Positions 38,746 through 47,816 of a DNA stretch of 64,000 nucleotides are shown here, piece after piece. Each line of letters starts with the position of its first letter. Position 1 is the stretch's first letter. Below the pieces are notes generated by a model that was not told the DNA's origin, searched no databases, and was given only the letters and a program-made list of their open reading frames with translations. The stretch covers positions 10,320-74,319 of the forward strand of contig JAWBZR010000003.1 of NCBI GenBank assembly GCA_044343545.1. Reading direction: 5' to 3'. The DNA is from Candidatus Aenigmatarchaeota archaeon (GTDB lineage: Archaea; Aenigmatarchaeota; Aenigmatarchaeia; CG10238-14). The position numbers were made by a program, and so were the translations under genes.

Positions 38746-39597
38746 TTAAAAAACACATATCGTCTTCCATTCCAAGCAAACAAGTCTTAACCATCTATTA
38801 CAAACAGTAGAGCAAATTGTTGTGGTTGTTGTTGGGGTTGTAACAGTTGTGGTTGAAGTGGTTGTGGTTGTGTTTTGAGTTGTAACAGTTGTGCTTGAAG
38901 TTGAAATGCATTTACCAAATCTTATATCACCTGTCCATCTACAATTTGAATTTAACTGACATTGCCAAAAATTCAAAGACTGACAAATATTTGTTGGTGT
39001 AGTGATTGTTGTTGGCGTTATATTTGTGTTTTGAGTTGTTGACGTCATTGTTGTTGTCGTGGTTGTTGTCTGTGAATTTTCTGGAACCGTAGTTGTTGTT
39101 CCATAAATACTTGCACAATAACCTGTAAACATATTGCCTATCCATTTGCAACCTGGCAAAGTGGCACAGTTATAAAATGATCTTCCGTTGCAATCATATA
39201 CCACTTGAGGTGTCGTTGTTGTGGTTGTAGTAGTTGTCATCACTGGAGTAAAACTTCCTTCTGGCAAAGCATAATATTTGCATTCTAAAGAAGAAGAAAA
39301 ACCATTTCTTGTATCTGTCACAAAAACAAACAAAGTAGCAACCGTTCCAGAATATGATCTAAAAGATATTACTTTGCTTTCATTCGGCTCTAAATAAAAA
39401 AGATTTGTTGGATATATGTTGATCAAAGAAAATTTATTATCGATATAAACCTTAACAGTAAAATTTTCTGGATTAGTAAAAATATAATCACCTGTAAAAA
39501 CATTATTTGGCATATATGGTCTGCCGCATGAAACAGTAACTGCAAAAACATCTTTGATTAAAAAAAGCATAAAAATAATTATCAGAATTTTTTTCAT
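38746..39597 (-). CDS. Thr-rich secreted protein with 'AVTVSCG' N-domain and two 4-Cys modules (family B, copy 2)
   Basis: Signal MKKILIIIFMLFLIKDVFA|VTVSCGRPYMP (paralogous to the 33999 ORF N-domain, incl. SLECKYYA vs SLQCYVYA). Modules CNGRSFYNCATLPGCKWIGNMFTGYC and CQSLNFWQCQLNSNCRWTGDIRFGKC. Confidence 0.5.
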   Translation of the reverse strand: MKKILIIIFMLFLIKDVFAVTVSCGRPYMPNNVFTGDYIFTNPENFTVKVYIDNKFSLINIYPTNLFYLEPNESKVISFRSYSGTVATLFVFVTDTRNGFSSSLECKYYALPEGSFTPVMTTTTTTTTTPQVVYDCNGRSFYNCATLPGCKWIGNMFTGYCASIYGTTTTVPENSQTTTTTTTMTSTTQNTNITPTTITTPTNICQSLNFWQCQLNSNCRWTGDIRFGKCISTSSTTVTTQNTTTTTSTTTVTTPTTTTTICSTVCNRWLRLVCLEWKTICVF

Positions 39598-39720
39598 TTA
39601 ACACACCTCTTAATGTATTTTAAAATAAAATTAAACTATTTAAACAGAGATAATGTTACCCAAAAGTGGATTTGATTTAAGCTATAAAAAATAAAAAAAA
39701 TGGAAAAAAAATAGCAAAAC

Positions 39721-40761
39721 TTAAACTGGTCTTGCTATTATTAAAATACTGCCTTGATCAAATGTTCCTATGCATGGACTTGGATAATGTATCTTGAAGT
39801 AAATGTTTGCTGTTCCTTGGTTTGTCAAAATGTTTTGCATTGGTGCATCTGTTGGTACAGGCATGCCATCAAAGCAGTTGAACAAGCTGCAGCCTTTATT
39901 TGGATCATATTTTCTCATCCAAAGCCATGGTGTTTGTAAAGTTCCTGAAACAGCTCTATATGCTATACCTGTATCAGGATCTTCATCTTCGACTTGAGTA
40001 TTTCCTATCGGTTCAACATCTCTATGCCATTCTAAAACATTTGTTGTTGGGCAAATGCTTACACTGCCGGTTGATGTCAACCCTGGACCTTCACCTGCTA
40101 TCCATACCCACAAGTTAACACCTGCTTCTGCTGTATTTTTCAAAATGATATAGTTCTCGCTATCTGCCCAATCTCCTGGATTAGCTGGTTTGAATCTTAT
40201 TGGTTGATTGTCGCTTGTTGTCAATCTCATAGATATTTGAGGATTGAAATCCCAAACTTCCTCATGCGTGCTGTTAACAAAAGACATTCCTGAAACATCT
40301 AGAACAGATATCTTCACTTTGCTATTCAAATACCAAGATGGTTGTACTGTTAAAATGCATTGATAAGATCTATCTGTAGCTGGATTAAAGTTACCTAAAC
40401 CGTCACAGTTAGGTATATTTGTGATTTGAGTGCAAATAACACCTGTTGGGTCTGGCCCAAAAACTTTAACACTACCGATGTTTATCCATCCATTTGGATC
40501 TCTGACTGTTACATTGAATTTAATTTGCTCCCCTGTAAATGCATATTGGCCTGTTCTTAGATTTAAAATATTTATTCCGTCAACTACCACTTCTCTATTT
40601 TTCACGCATATTTGTTTCGGTGCAATAGCTGGACCTGCTGTAATGTTCACTGAACTTAGAACTGTTTGATAGTTTTGTGCATGCAAAAGTGGCAATAGTA
40701 GCTCTACTGCTACTAATAATAAAATTATTTTATATGATTTTTTCAATTTATCACCCCGCAA
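39721..40761 (-). CDS. secreted protein, family A copy 2
   Basis: Sec signal KSYKIILLLVAVELLLPLLHA. Conserved blocks CDGLGNFNPATDRSYQCILTVQPSWY / PIRFKPANPG / NTAEAGVNLWVWIA / C-terminal YPSPCIGTFDQGSILIIARPV. Confidence 0.55.
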   Translation of the reverse strand: MRGDKLKKSYKIILLLVAVELLLPLLHAQNYQTVLSSVNITAGPAIAPKQICVKNREVVVDGINILNLRTGQYAFTGEQIKFNVTVRDPNGWINIGSVKVFGPDPTGVICTQITNIPNCDGLGNFNPATDRSYQCILTVQPSWYLNSKVKISVLDVSGMSFVNSTHEEVWDFNPQISMRLTTSDNQPIRFKPANPGDWADSENYIILKNTAEAGVNLWVWIAGEGPGLTSTGSVSICPTTNVLEWHRDVEPIGNTQVEDEDPDTGIAYRAVSGTLQTPWLWMRKYDPNKGCSLFNCFDGMPVPTDAPMQNILTNQGTANIYFKIHYPSPCIGTFDQGSILIIARPV

Positions 40762-41135
40762 TATGAATTCAAGTAATTTATTTTAGAAAAAAGATTTTTA
40801 TTTTAGTATAATGCCACAATGAAGTAAATCTAATATAAAATAGAAAATTAACTTATTAAAAAGGAAAAATTATTTTCTAAAATCTATTAATTGTGAATTT
40901 TTTGAAAAAAAAAATTAAATTCGTTTATTTTCTCTTAGTTTCATTGCATTGATTAAAATTTCCAGGTCGATCTCTTCCTTACATTTAGGACAAGTCACTT
41001 TCCAAAAAACATCTAATTGTTTGTTATGCATACAAATTATCTTTACTTTTTATTTAAGAAAAATTTTTGTATTTTATACAATATATTATAATTTTTACTA
41101 TGAAATGGTTTTTAGCTTTTATAAGAAATAGAAAA

Positions 41136-43115
41136 TTAAATTCTATTTTGAACCAACCAATTTACCAACTTATTAAAAAGCAAGTTGCCTGCATCGTTCA
41201 AATCTTTTGGTGTGCTTGAAGCGAACCAACCAACATACGCATAATTGTTTGCGACGAACAAAGTGGATGATTGATGATTTCCAGAGTCGGCCAAGTCGGT
41301 GACGGAGGAAGCTAAATTGTAATCTTGTACGACATTGAATTTTGGTTTATTCATGATATTTACAAATCCAGATAAACCTTGAGTTATTTGGTGAGTTTTA
41401 GTTATGTATAAAGATTCGGATCTGACAAATCCCACATATCCTTTCGTATATCCAAATCTCCAACCTGCATTAACATAAGGTTGATCTGCTATTTCCAAGA
41501 ATGGAATGCCCGACTTGTGTGCAGAAAATGCTGGATGAGATCCATCTATCTTGCAAGCTCTTAGCTCATCGCTGCAAGCTATGAGTTTGTAATTTCTTAT
41601 TTCGCTTCCCCAAGACCAATAACCTTTAGCGTCAACAGTCCAACCTCTCTCTTCAAGCCACCTTATCGTATCTTTTTCTATTCCGTGATTGCATTCGTCT
41701 GTTCTGCAAATGAATGCTATATCTCTATAAACAGGTAAATCTATTTTGAAAAACCACGATACCTCAGGTAATTCGTTTCCATTTAGATCTTTACACCTTG
41801 CATAAACTACATAAGTATTGTTGGGTAATTCGAAATCAATTTGGTATTCATGCAATGGAAGATTGTATGGGAATTCGAAATCCATTGACTCGTAAGGTTT
41901 TCTGACATTCAAGGAAAATTTGCACACCGTCTTTTCATCAGTTAATATTCTTATCAAAGGTTTTCTTGTATTCACGTTACCTATAGGAGAATATTCTAAG
42001 ATTTTTGGTAATTTAACTTCACTCTCTATTGATTCTGAAGTTAACCATTCCAATATTCTATTAAATATTGTCGCACCACTATCTGTCAAACCTTCGCTTC
42101 CTATTTCGTTAAACCAACCAACATACGCATAATTGTTTGCGACGAACAAAGTGGATGATTGATGATTTCCAGAGTCGGCCAAGTCGGTGACGGAGGAAGA
42201 TAATAAATCATCCGGAATTACATTGAACTTGCTTCCTATCAACACGTCCACGGAACCTGAAAATCCACTGGTTATTTGATGATTTTTAGTTATGTAGAGT
42301 TCTTCATTGTTTGTCAATCCCACATATCCTTTCGTATATCCAAATCTCCAACCTGCATTAACATAAGGTTGATCTGCTATTTCCAAGAATGGAATGCCCG
42401 ACTTGTGTGCAGAAAATGCTGGATGAGATCCATCTATCTTGCAAGCTCTTAGCTCATCGCTGCAAGCTATGAGTTTGTAATTTCTTATTTCGCTTCCCCA
42501 AGACCAATAACCTTTAGCGTCAACAGTCCAACCATTCTCTGCCAAGAATGATATCATAGATTTTTCTATTCCGTGATTGCATTCGTCTGTTCTGCAAATG
42601 AATGCTACCTTACCTAATTTTTCTCTAATTTTAAAAGTTGTGTTAGCATAATATCCCTTGTTTTCAGAAAACAAAATTACTCTTGCTTCATAGTTGCCAA
42701 ATTGCAAATCTTCAAAGGACCATAATATTTCCAATTCAACATGTTTAGTGATATCGTATCCGTAATATCCATAACCGTATCCGTAATCTAAATTTTCACG
42801 CTTCAATTCCACTGAAACAAATCTTTTATCTTGCTGCGAACATTCACTATGAAATCCTTCATCTAAACTTGAAAGAATGCACAAACTAGTTATATTATTG
42901 TGCTCTTCTAAACCTCTTATTTCAATCGAGATATTTTCTATTAAATTCCATTCGTCTATGTTTTCTATTTTCACGTTGAGCTTGACTAAACTACCCTTGA
43001 AGTAAGTTTTCTTATCAGTAAAAATTTGAATGTTAAAGGCCGTTGTGCTTTCTGAGAATATTATAAGTAGAATTAAAATCGAAGTTGAAAGAATAGGTAA
43101 AAATTTTTCATTCAA
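41136..43115 (-). CDS. secreted protein with two copies of a ~200-aa Cys-containing domain (recent internal duplication)
   Basis: Signal ILSTSILILLIIFSESTTA. Domain FICRTDECNHGIEK..GWTVDAKGYWSWGSEIRNYKLIACSDELRACKIDGSHPAFSAHKSGIPFLEIADQPYVNAGWRFGYTKGYVG occurs twice, nearly identical. Confidence 0.55.
   Translation of the reverse strand: MNEKFLPILSTSILILLIIFSESTTAFNIQIFTDKKTYFKGSLVKLNVKIENIDEWNLIENISIEIRGLEEHNNITSLCILSSLDEGFHSECSQQDKRFVSVELKRENLDYGYGYGYYGYDITKHVELEILWSFEDLQFGNYEARVILFSENKGYYANTTFKIREKLGKVAFICRTDECNHGIEKSMISFLAENGWTVDAKGYWSWGSEIRNYKLIACSDELRACKIDGSHPAFSAHKSGIPFLEIADQPYVNAGWRFGYTKGYVGLTNNEELYITKNHQITSGFSGSVDVLIGSKFNVIPDDLLSSSVTDLADSGNHQSSTLFVANNYAYVGWFNEIGSEGLTDSGATIFNRILEWLTSESIESEVKLPKILEYSPIGNVNTRKPLIRILTDEKTVCKFSLNVRKPYESMDFEFPYNLPLHEYQIDFELPNNTYVVYARCKDLNGNELPEVSWFFKIDLPVYRDIAFICRTDECNHGIEKDTIRWLEERGWTVDAKGYWSWGSEIRNYKLIACSDELRACKIDGSHPAFSAHKSGIPFLEIADQPYVNAGWRFGYTKGYVGFVRSESLYITKTHQITQGLSGFVNIMNKPKFNVVQDYNLASSVTDLADSGNHQSSTLFVANNYAYVGWFASSTPKDLNDAGNLLFNKLVNWLVQNRI
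41225..41716. repeat. direct repeat copy 1 (intragenic, ~490 bp)
   Basis: Blocks 41225-41311 and 41431-41645 are identical to 42113-42199 and 42319-42533 (offset 888). Intervening blocks are diverged. Confidence 0.8.
42113..42604. repeat. direct repeat copy 2 (intragenic, ~490 bp)
   Basis: See copy 1; mosaic identical/diverged pattern. Confidence 0.8.
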
Positions 43116-43314
43116 ACGATCATCACCTCTATTTTAATAATGAAAAATTATTAAAATAAATATGATTATAAAACTACTGAAAAATGAGAATTTTAAACTA
43201 AATAAAAATATAAAAATTTTTTCTACAAAAAATAAGTTTTTGCCATTCGAAAAATATCATTCGCTTCGTTTTTTTGCAAAAAATCTCGTAATTTTTTCAA
43301 TAATCATTTAAGTG

Positions 43315-44616
43315 TCAACTGAATGAATATACATAAATGTTCTCGTGTACTTGACTTAACGTGCAATTACCTCTCGTGTAAACTATAGTTATGTTGTTTT
43401 GTTTCAAAAAGTTTATGTTGGTACAATTTTTATTTATAAAATCTTCTGCTTTTCTTACTTTATCTAGTTCCGACTCTACAGGACCGAAAGGCATAACTGC
43501 ATACACAGGTTTTTCAGCAACAAAAGCAAATGCTCTTGCCTTCCATGGATCTAATATTGCTTTCCCTTGTAGATTATATCTTATCCACAAAAAACTCTCG
43601 TAATCGTGATCATCAATTATCTTGTAATGTTGCTGCTTCGATATTGCATTAACAGATAAAACTAAAATAATTGCTAATAACATAGTCATTAATTTTTTTC
43701 CAAACTTTGCTATACTGTAAGAAGCTACTATATTCATGAAAAGTATGAGGGGTATGTATATTCTTATGTATGGAATTAGCAATGTTTGACCAAACCTTGC
43801 ATGTAAAACTATCAAAAATATTAAAAACATACTTGTGTACGCGATATCTTTATGCTTTGTTTTAAGAATAAAATAGAAACCTATAACAAAAAACACTGTT
43901 TGTATATAACCATATATTTGTGGAAGTTGTCTTAAACTTATCCAAAAATCGAACTTTATTGCATTTATACCTTTATTTAATTCATTGTAATAGTTTGGTA
44001 AAGATAGCAATATTGCTAAAACTACAAAAAGTATGAGTTGTTTGTTTTTTGCCATCAAAAAATTGAAAAACAGATAAATCATCAAAACCATAGCTGATGG
44101 TGGATGAGCTAAAAGGAGGAAAAGAAGCGAAGAAAACAGTATTGTCATTTTACCTTCTTTTGTTGCTCTTATTGATAGAGGAATGAATATTAAACTCAAA
44201 TTAACAGGCATAAGATAAACTGGTCCTCCCATAGTAGCGTTGCTCGGAATCAAAGCTGTTAAAACACTTGCTATTAATGCCTCCTTTTTTCCGAACAATC
44301 TTGTAGTGCATGCATAAACAGATAAAACTGAGATCGCATGAAAAATGGCTGGTAATATTATCCATTGTGTGGCTTCTAAATTTAATGCTTGAAAAGAAGC
44401 TAAAAGATAATGCCAAACAGGCTCCATACTCAGCTTGAAAGGTTTGTTATCAAACCAATTTATTGGTGAAAAATACAAAATCATCTTTGCTTCTGCTATG
44501 TGAAACCATTCATCAACATGAAAAGGATAGGGGTAATTTATATGCGGATAGTAAGTAAGTGAAAAAGCTAATAGAATTGAAAAAAACAAAATAACACTTT
44601 CTTTTGATGATTTCAT
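43315..44616 (-). CDS. polytopic membrane protein, GT-C-fold glycosyltransferase-like (PMT_2/ArnT-like)
   Basis: ~11 TM helices. First extracytoplasmic loop HVDEWFH resembles the DE(x) catalytic loop of GT-C mannosyl/arabinosyl transferases. Confidence 0.4.
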   Translation of the reverse strand: MKSSKESVILFFSILLAFSLTYYPHINYPYPFHVDEWFHIAEAKMILYFSPINWFDNKPFKLSMEPVWHYLLASFQALNLEATQWIILPAIFHAISVLSVYACTTRLFGKKEALIASVLTALIPSNATMGGPVYLMPVNLSLIFIPLSIRATKEGKMTILFSSLLFLLLAHPPSAMVLMIYLFFNFLMAKNKQLILFVVLAILLSLPNYYNELNKGINAIKFDFWISLRQLPQIYGYIQTVFFVIGFYFILKTKHKDIAYTSMFLIFLIVLHARFGQTLLIPYIRIYIPLILFMNIVASYSIAKFGKKLMTMLLAIILVLSVNAISKQQHYKIIDDHDYESFLWIRYNLQGKAILDPWKARAFAFVAEKPVYAVMPFGPVESELDKVRKAEDFINKNCTNINFLKQNNITIVYTRGNCTLSQVHENIYVYSFS

Positions 44617-44905
44617 AAAGTCTGATTATGTATTTAATGAAAAGTTTTATAAAATTTTGTTAAAATCATATGACATATACCAATTCGGGTTTTATTCTAC
44701 TTAAGATGTAAAAAGCATAGAAAGCTATTGTGGTTACAATTGGATTTTTAGTTATATAAATTGTTTGAGTTGAATAACCATAACGAGTTATACCTAAAAC
44801 TTTCCTTCCATATAGTTCTCCAAGAGATATTTCATTGGGACCTATAAACATAAACTGCGGAAAATTTACCATATTTTTTAATATAAAATTTAATATATTT
44901 AATTT

Positions 44906-46219
44906 TTAAGGGTTAATTTGAAAAAGATACAGAGGAACTCCTCTCCTCGCATGCTCAATTGAAAAAGGAGTTCCTAACATCATAGCTTCTTCAGGAGTTA
45001 ATCTTCGTACCGAAACACTGTAACCACCAATCTTTCTTATAGCTGTAGGTAATTCACATTCAAAAAGAATTATACTAAAATTTTTATAATCAGGATAATT
45101 TATGAGCAAACCGTTTAATGGCAGACCTCTTGCAGTTATTCCCAGAACAGCATCAGTAGCTTCTATTGCATCATTAACATAGTCAGGTAATATTCCTGCA
45201 GCATAACCTCCAAGTACGGAACTAGTATTAAGTACATATACCTTTGAATAATCTGCTGCTACAACACGTTCAGACAATAAACTTGATAAACCACTTCCGC
45301 TGGGATTTACTGAGAATAATAGTATATTTCTTGGGAGCACTTCACCATTATGAAAAGGTCGTCTTAATAATACATAATTACCTTCACCGTATATTGCCGC
45401 CGCATGAGGTTGTTGTCTTAACATTCTTAACACATCTGGGTTGGGTTCCAAACCATAATAGAATAATTTTGGTGGTTTTTTAATTCCTGCCAACTCAAAT
45501 AATGGTCCTACTTTCATTGAATATCCTGGGCCTACATTCACTATAACATCAGAACCATCAAGTGCTGTTAATAATAATCTTTCAACCTCATCTATCTCTA
45601 CCTGACTTATTTCTAAATGACTATATCTATATAAATATCTTCCACTTGAAAAGAATACATCATCACCTAATCGAAGTATACCTTTTCCTCTTGCTACAGC
45701 ATTTAATATATCTGTAGGGTCTGGATACATTGTTGCTAGACTGATGCCTATAAAAACTCCATCAAAAATTGTCACAGGTCTTCCTGATGATGTTGTTCCA
45801 ACGAAAGCGTTTCTTAAATCTAATAATGGCACAGGTAAAAGTCCGTAAAGAAATTCACACAATTTTATTTCATCTTCTTCAATTTCTCGTAGATATCTAC
45901 TTTTTAAATCACCAACAAAACAACCTCTTCCTTCCATCTCTTGAAGTATTCTATATGTTTCTGTTGAAGTTAAGAGTGATTCCCGTAAAGTTTCAAGACC
46001 TTTTGGGCTGCAACCGTTACTAATAACTGAAAAATTATACATTCCCATTAAATGAGCAGCATCAAGAGGATATTGTTGCTCAAATTGTGCGGCCAATCTT
46101 TCACATACTGTTGCTTGTGGAGGTAATGGCGTTGGTGGCGGTGTTGGTGTTTCTGCACAAGCAATCCCTGCTGCAACTAAAGATGCTAATGAAAACATTA
46201 TTATCCCTCTGTTTCTCAT
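44906..46219 (-). CDS. secreted hypothetical protein, compositionally atypical (Ala/Gly/Leu/Arg-rich; higher G+C)
   Basis: Signal MRNRGIIMFSLASLVAAGIACA then PTPPPTPLPP. No recognised motif. Confidence 0.4.
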   Translation of the reverse strand: MRNRGIIMFSLASLVAAGIACAETPTPPPTPLPPQATVCERLAAQFEQQYPLDAAHLMGMYNFSVISNGCSPKGLETLRESLLTSTETYRILQEMEGRGCFVGDLKSRYLREIEEDEIKLCEFLYGLLPVPLLDLRNAFVGTTSSGRPVTIFDGVFIGISLATMYPDPTDILNAVARGKGILRLGDDVFFSSGRYLYRYSHLEISQVEIDEVERLLLTALDGSDVIVNVGPGYSMKVGPLFELAGIKKPPKLFYYGLEPNPDVLRMLRQQPHAAAIYGEGNYVLLRRPFHNGEVLPRNILLFSVNPSGSGLSSLLSERVVAADYSKVYVLNTSSVLGGYAAGILPDYVNDAIEATDAVLGITARGLPLNGLLINYPDYKNFSIILFECELPTAIRKIGGYSVSVRRLTPEEAMMLGTPFSIEHARRGVPLYLFQINP

Positions 46220-46286
46220 AGCTTTTATAAAAAAAATAAAATTTTTTAAACTTTTCGTTTATTTTTAATTAGATAATTCAAACTAG

Positions 46287-46640
46287 TTACTCTTTGGAAT
46301 TTTTACTTTCTCTTATGTATTCTACACTTAAACACGTTACACCTACAACAAAAAGCCAATAAACATATATAGCTAGCTGATTGGCTAGAGATTCATTTTT
46401 TAAAAAAACCAAAACTATCGAGGCTATTATGAGCATTAACAAAGCATATCCTATAGGTATTCTGCCGTCCCATTTAAAATAAATAAATATTGGGATAAGT
46501 ACTACAAAAGATAAAAACGTTTTTAAGTCTTCGCCTTTGAAGACAAAGTGAGACAAAAAGATAGAAATTATAACAAGCAAGTAGGGTATATTTAACAATA
46601 TGTGATGTTTTATATCCTTTTTTCCATACTTGTATGACAT
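46287..46640 (-). CDS. small membrane protein (3 TM)
   Basis: Hydrophobic segments only. Confidence 0.3.
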   Translation of the reverse strand: MSYKYGKKDIKHHILLNIPYLLVIISIFLSHFVFKGEDLKTFLSFVVLIPIFIYFKWDGRIPIGYALLMLIIASIVLVFLKNESLANQLAIYVYWLFVVGVTCLSVEYIRESKNSKE

Positions 46641-46896
46641 TTTATCTACAATACTTTAAGAAGTTGATACAGTTATTTATAGTTGATTGATTAATGAGTT
46701 CTAGTCTTCATATTATAGATGTATAATCATCTCTTCATCATTAACATATCTAATTTTAACAAATCTAAAATGTTGTATTGGAAGATTATATTTTCCCATC
46801 AACTCTTAAAGACACTGTCTTCCTCTTCGAATATAGTTATACTGAGGATTTGTATGAAAAAATTAATATTTAAAAACATTATAGAATAAGATAATT

Positions 46897-47793
46897 ATGA
46901 AAAGCAAAATAATTTTGTTCCTTTTTTTGCTTTTTACTTTGAAAATTGCTTATGCGGCTGACAAGAATGTTTATACTAGCATTTATTTACTTAATCTTGG
47001 AAAGTTTGATATATCAACAGGCTCATTCACTGCTGACTTTTATCTCAATTTTGATTGTGAAAACGAATGCCCGCAAATAGATTTTGAATTTATGAATGGC
47101 AGAGCAAACAGTTTAGATAAATTAATTGACACGCCAAAATCAAAAACATACAGAATACAAGCTAATCTTGTTAGCCATATAGATTTGAAAAAATTTCCGT
47201 TTGATAATCAAACATTAAAGATAATAATAGAGGATAAAACCAAAACTATAGATGAACTTGTATTTGTGGCAAAAAATGAATATAGTGGTATTGATCCTTC
47301 CATTGTTTTCATAGGTTGGGAAATGGGTCAATGGAAAGCTTATTCAACAGAGCATTATTATGATGTGTATAACGAAACTTATTCGCAATATGTATTTGAA
47401 ATACCTATTTACAGAATAACAATAAATGCTGTTTTCAAAACATTTTTGCCAATAATATTCATTATATTGATAATGCTTTCCAGTTTTGTATTAGACCCGG
47501 ATAAGATAACTACAAGATTGGGAATGGTCGGCTCTGCTTTAGTTGCATCTGTAATGTATCATGTCTCTATAGCAAATCAAATACCACCTGTAAGCTATTT
47601 AACATTTGTGGACAAATTCATGATTTTGACTTATTTTATAACACTATTGAGTTTTGGATTTAACGTGTTTTTGCTCGAGCTAAATGAAGAAAAAAAGAAA
47701 AAGCTTGTAAATAAATTGCACAAATATACAGAATTTACTATGTTTATAGTTGTTCCGATTCTTTATGTTTTGTTATTCCTGCTGTTTTTGTGA
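46897..47793 (+). CDS. pentameric ligand-gated ion channel (Cys-loop/pLGIC superfamily) homolog
   Basis: Signal peptide + ~170-aa extracellular domain + 4 TM. Pre-M1 YRITINAVFKTFLPIIFIILIML. M2 TRLGMVGSALVASVMYHVSI. M2-M3 loop NQIPPVSYLTFVDKFMILTYF (cf. GABA-A LPKVSYVKAIDIWM). M3, loop and M4 follow in canonical order. Confidence 0.6.
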   Translation: MKSKIILFLFLLFTLKIAYAADKNVYTSIYLLNLGKFDISTGSFTADFYLNFDCENECPQIDFEFMNGRANSLDKLIDTPKSKTYRIQANLVSHIDLKKFPFDNQTLKIIIEDKTKTIDELVFVAKNEYSGIDPSIVFIGWEMGQWKAYSTEHYYDVYNETYSQYVFEIPIYRITINAVFKTFLPIIFIILIMLSSFVLDPDKITTRLGMVGSALVASVMYHVSIANQIPPVSYLTFVDKFMILTYFITLLSFGFNVFLLELNEEKKKKLVNKLHKYTEFTMFIVVPILYVLLFLLFL

Positions 47794-47816
47794 AAATTAA
47801 ATGAAACAACAAAATT

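Noticed and set aside
40949-41131. 60-aa plus-strand ORF, and an opposite ~38-aa CPKC-containing minus ORF, in the 40762-41135 spacer
   Set aside because: Both are short and in an AT-rich intergenic region. A single CxxC is insufficient to call a zinc-ribbon protein.
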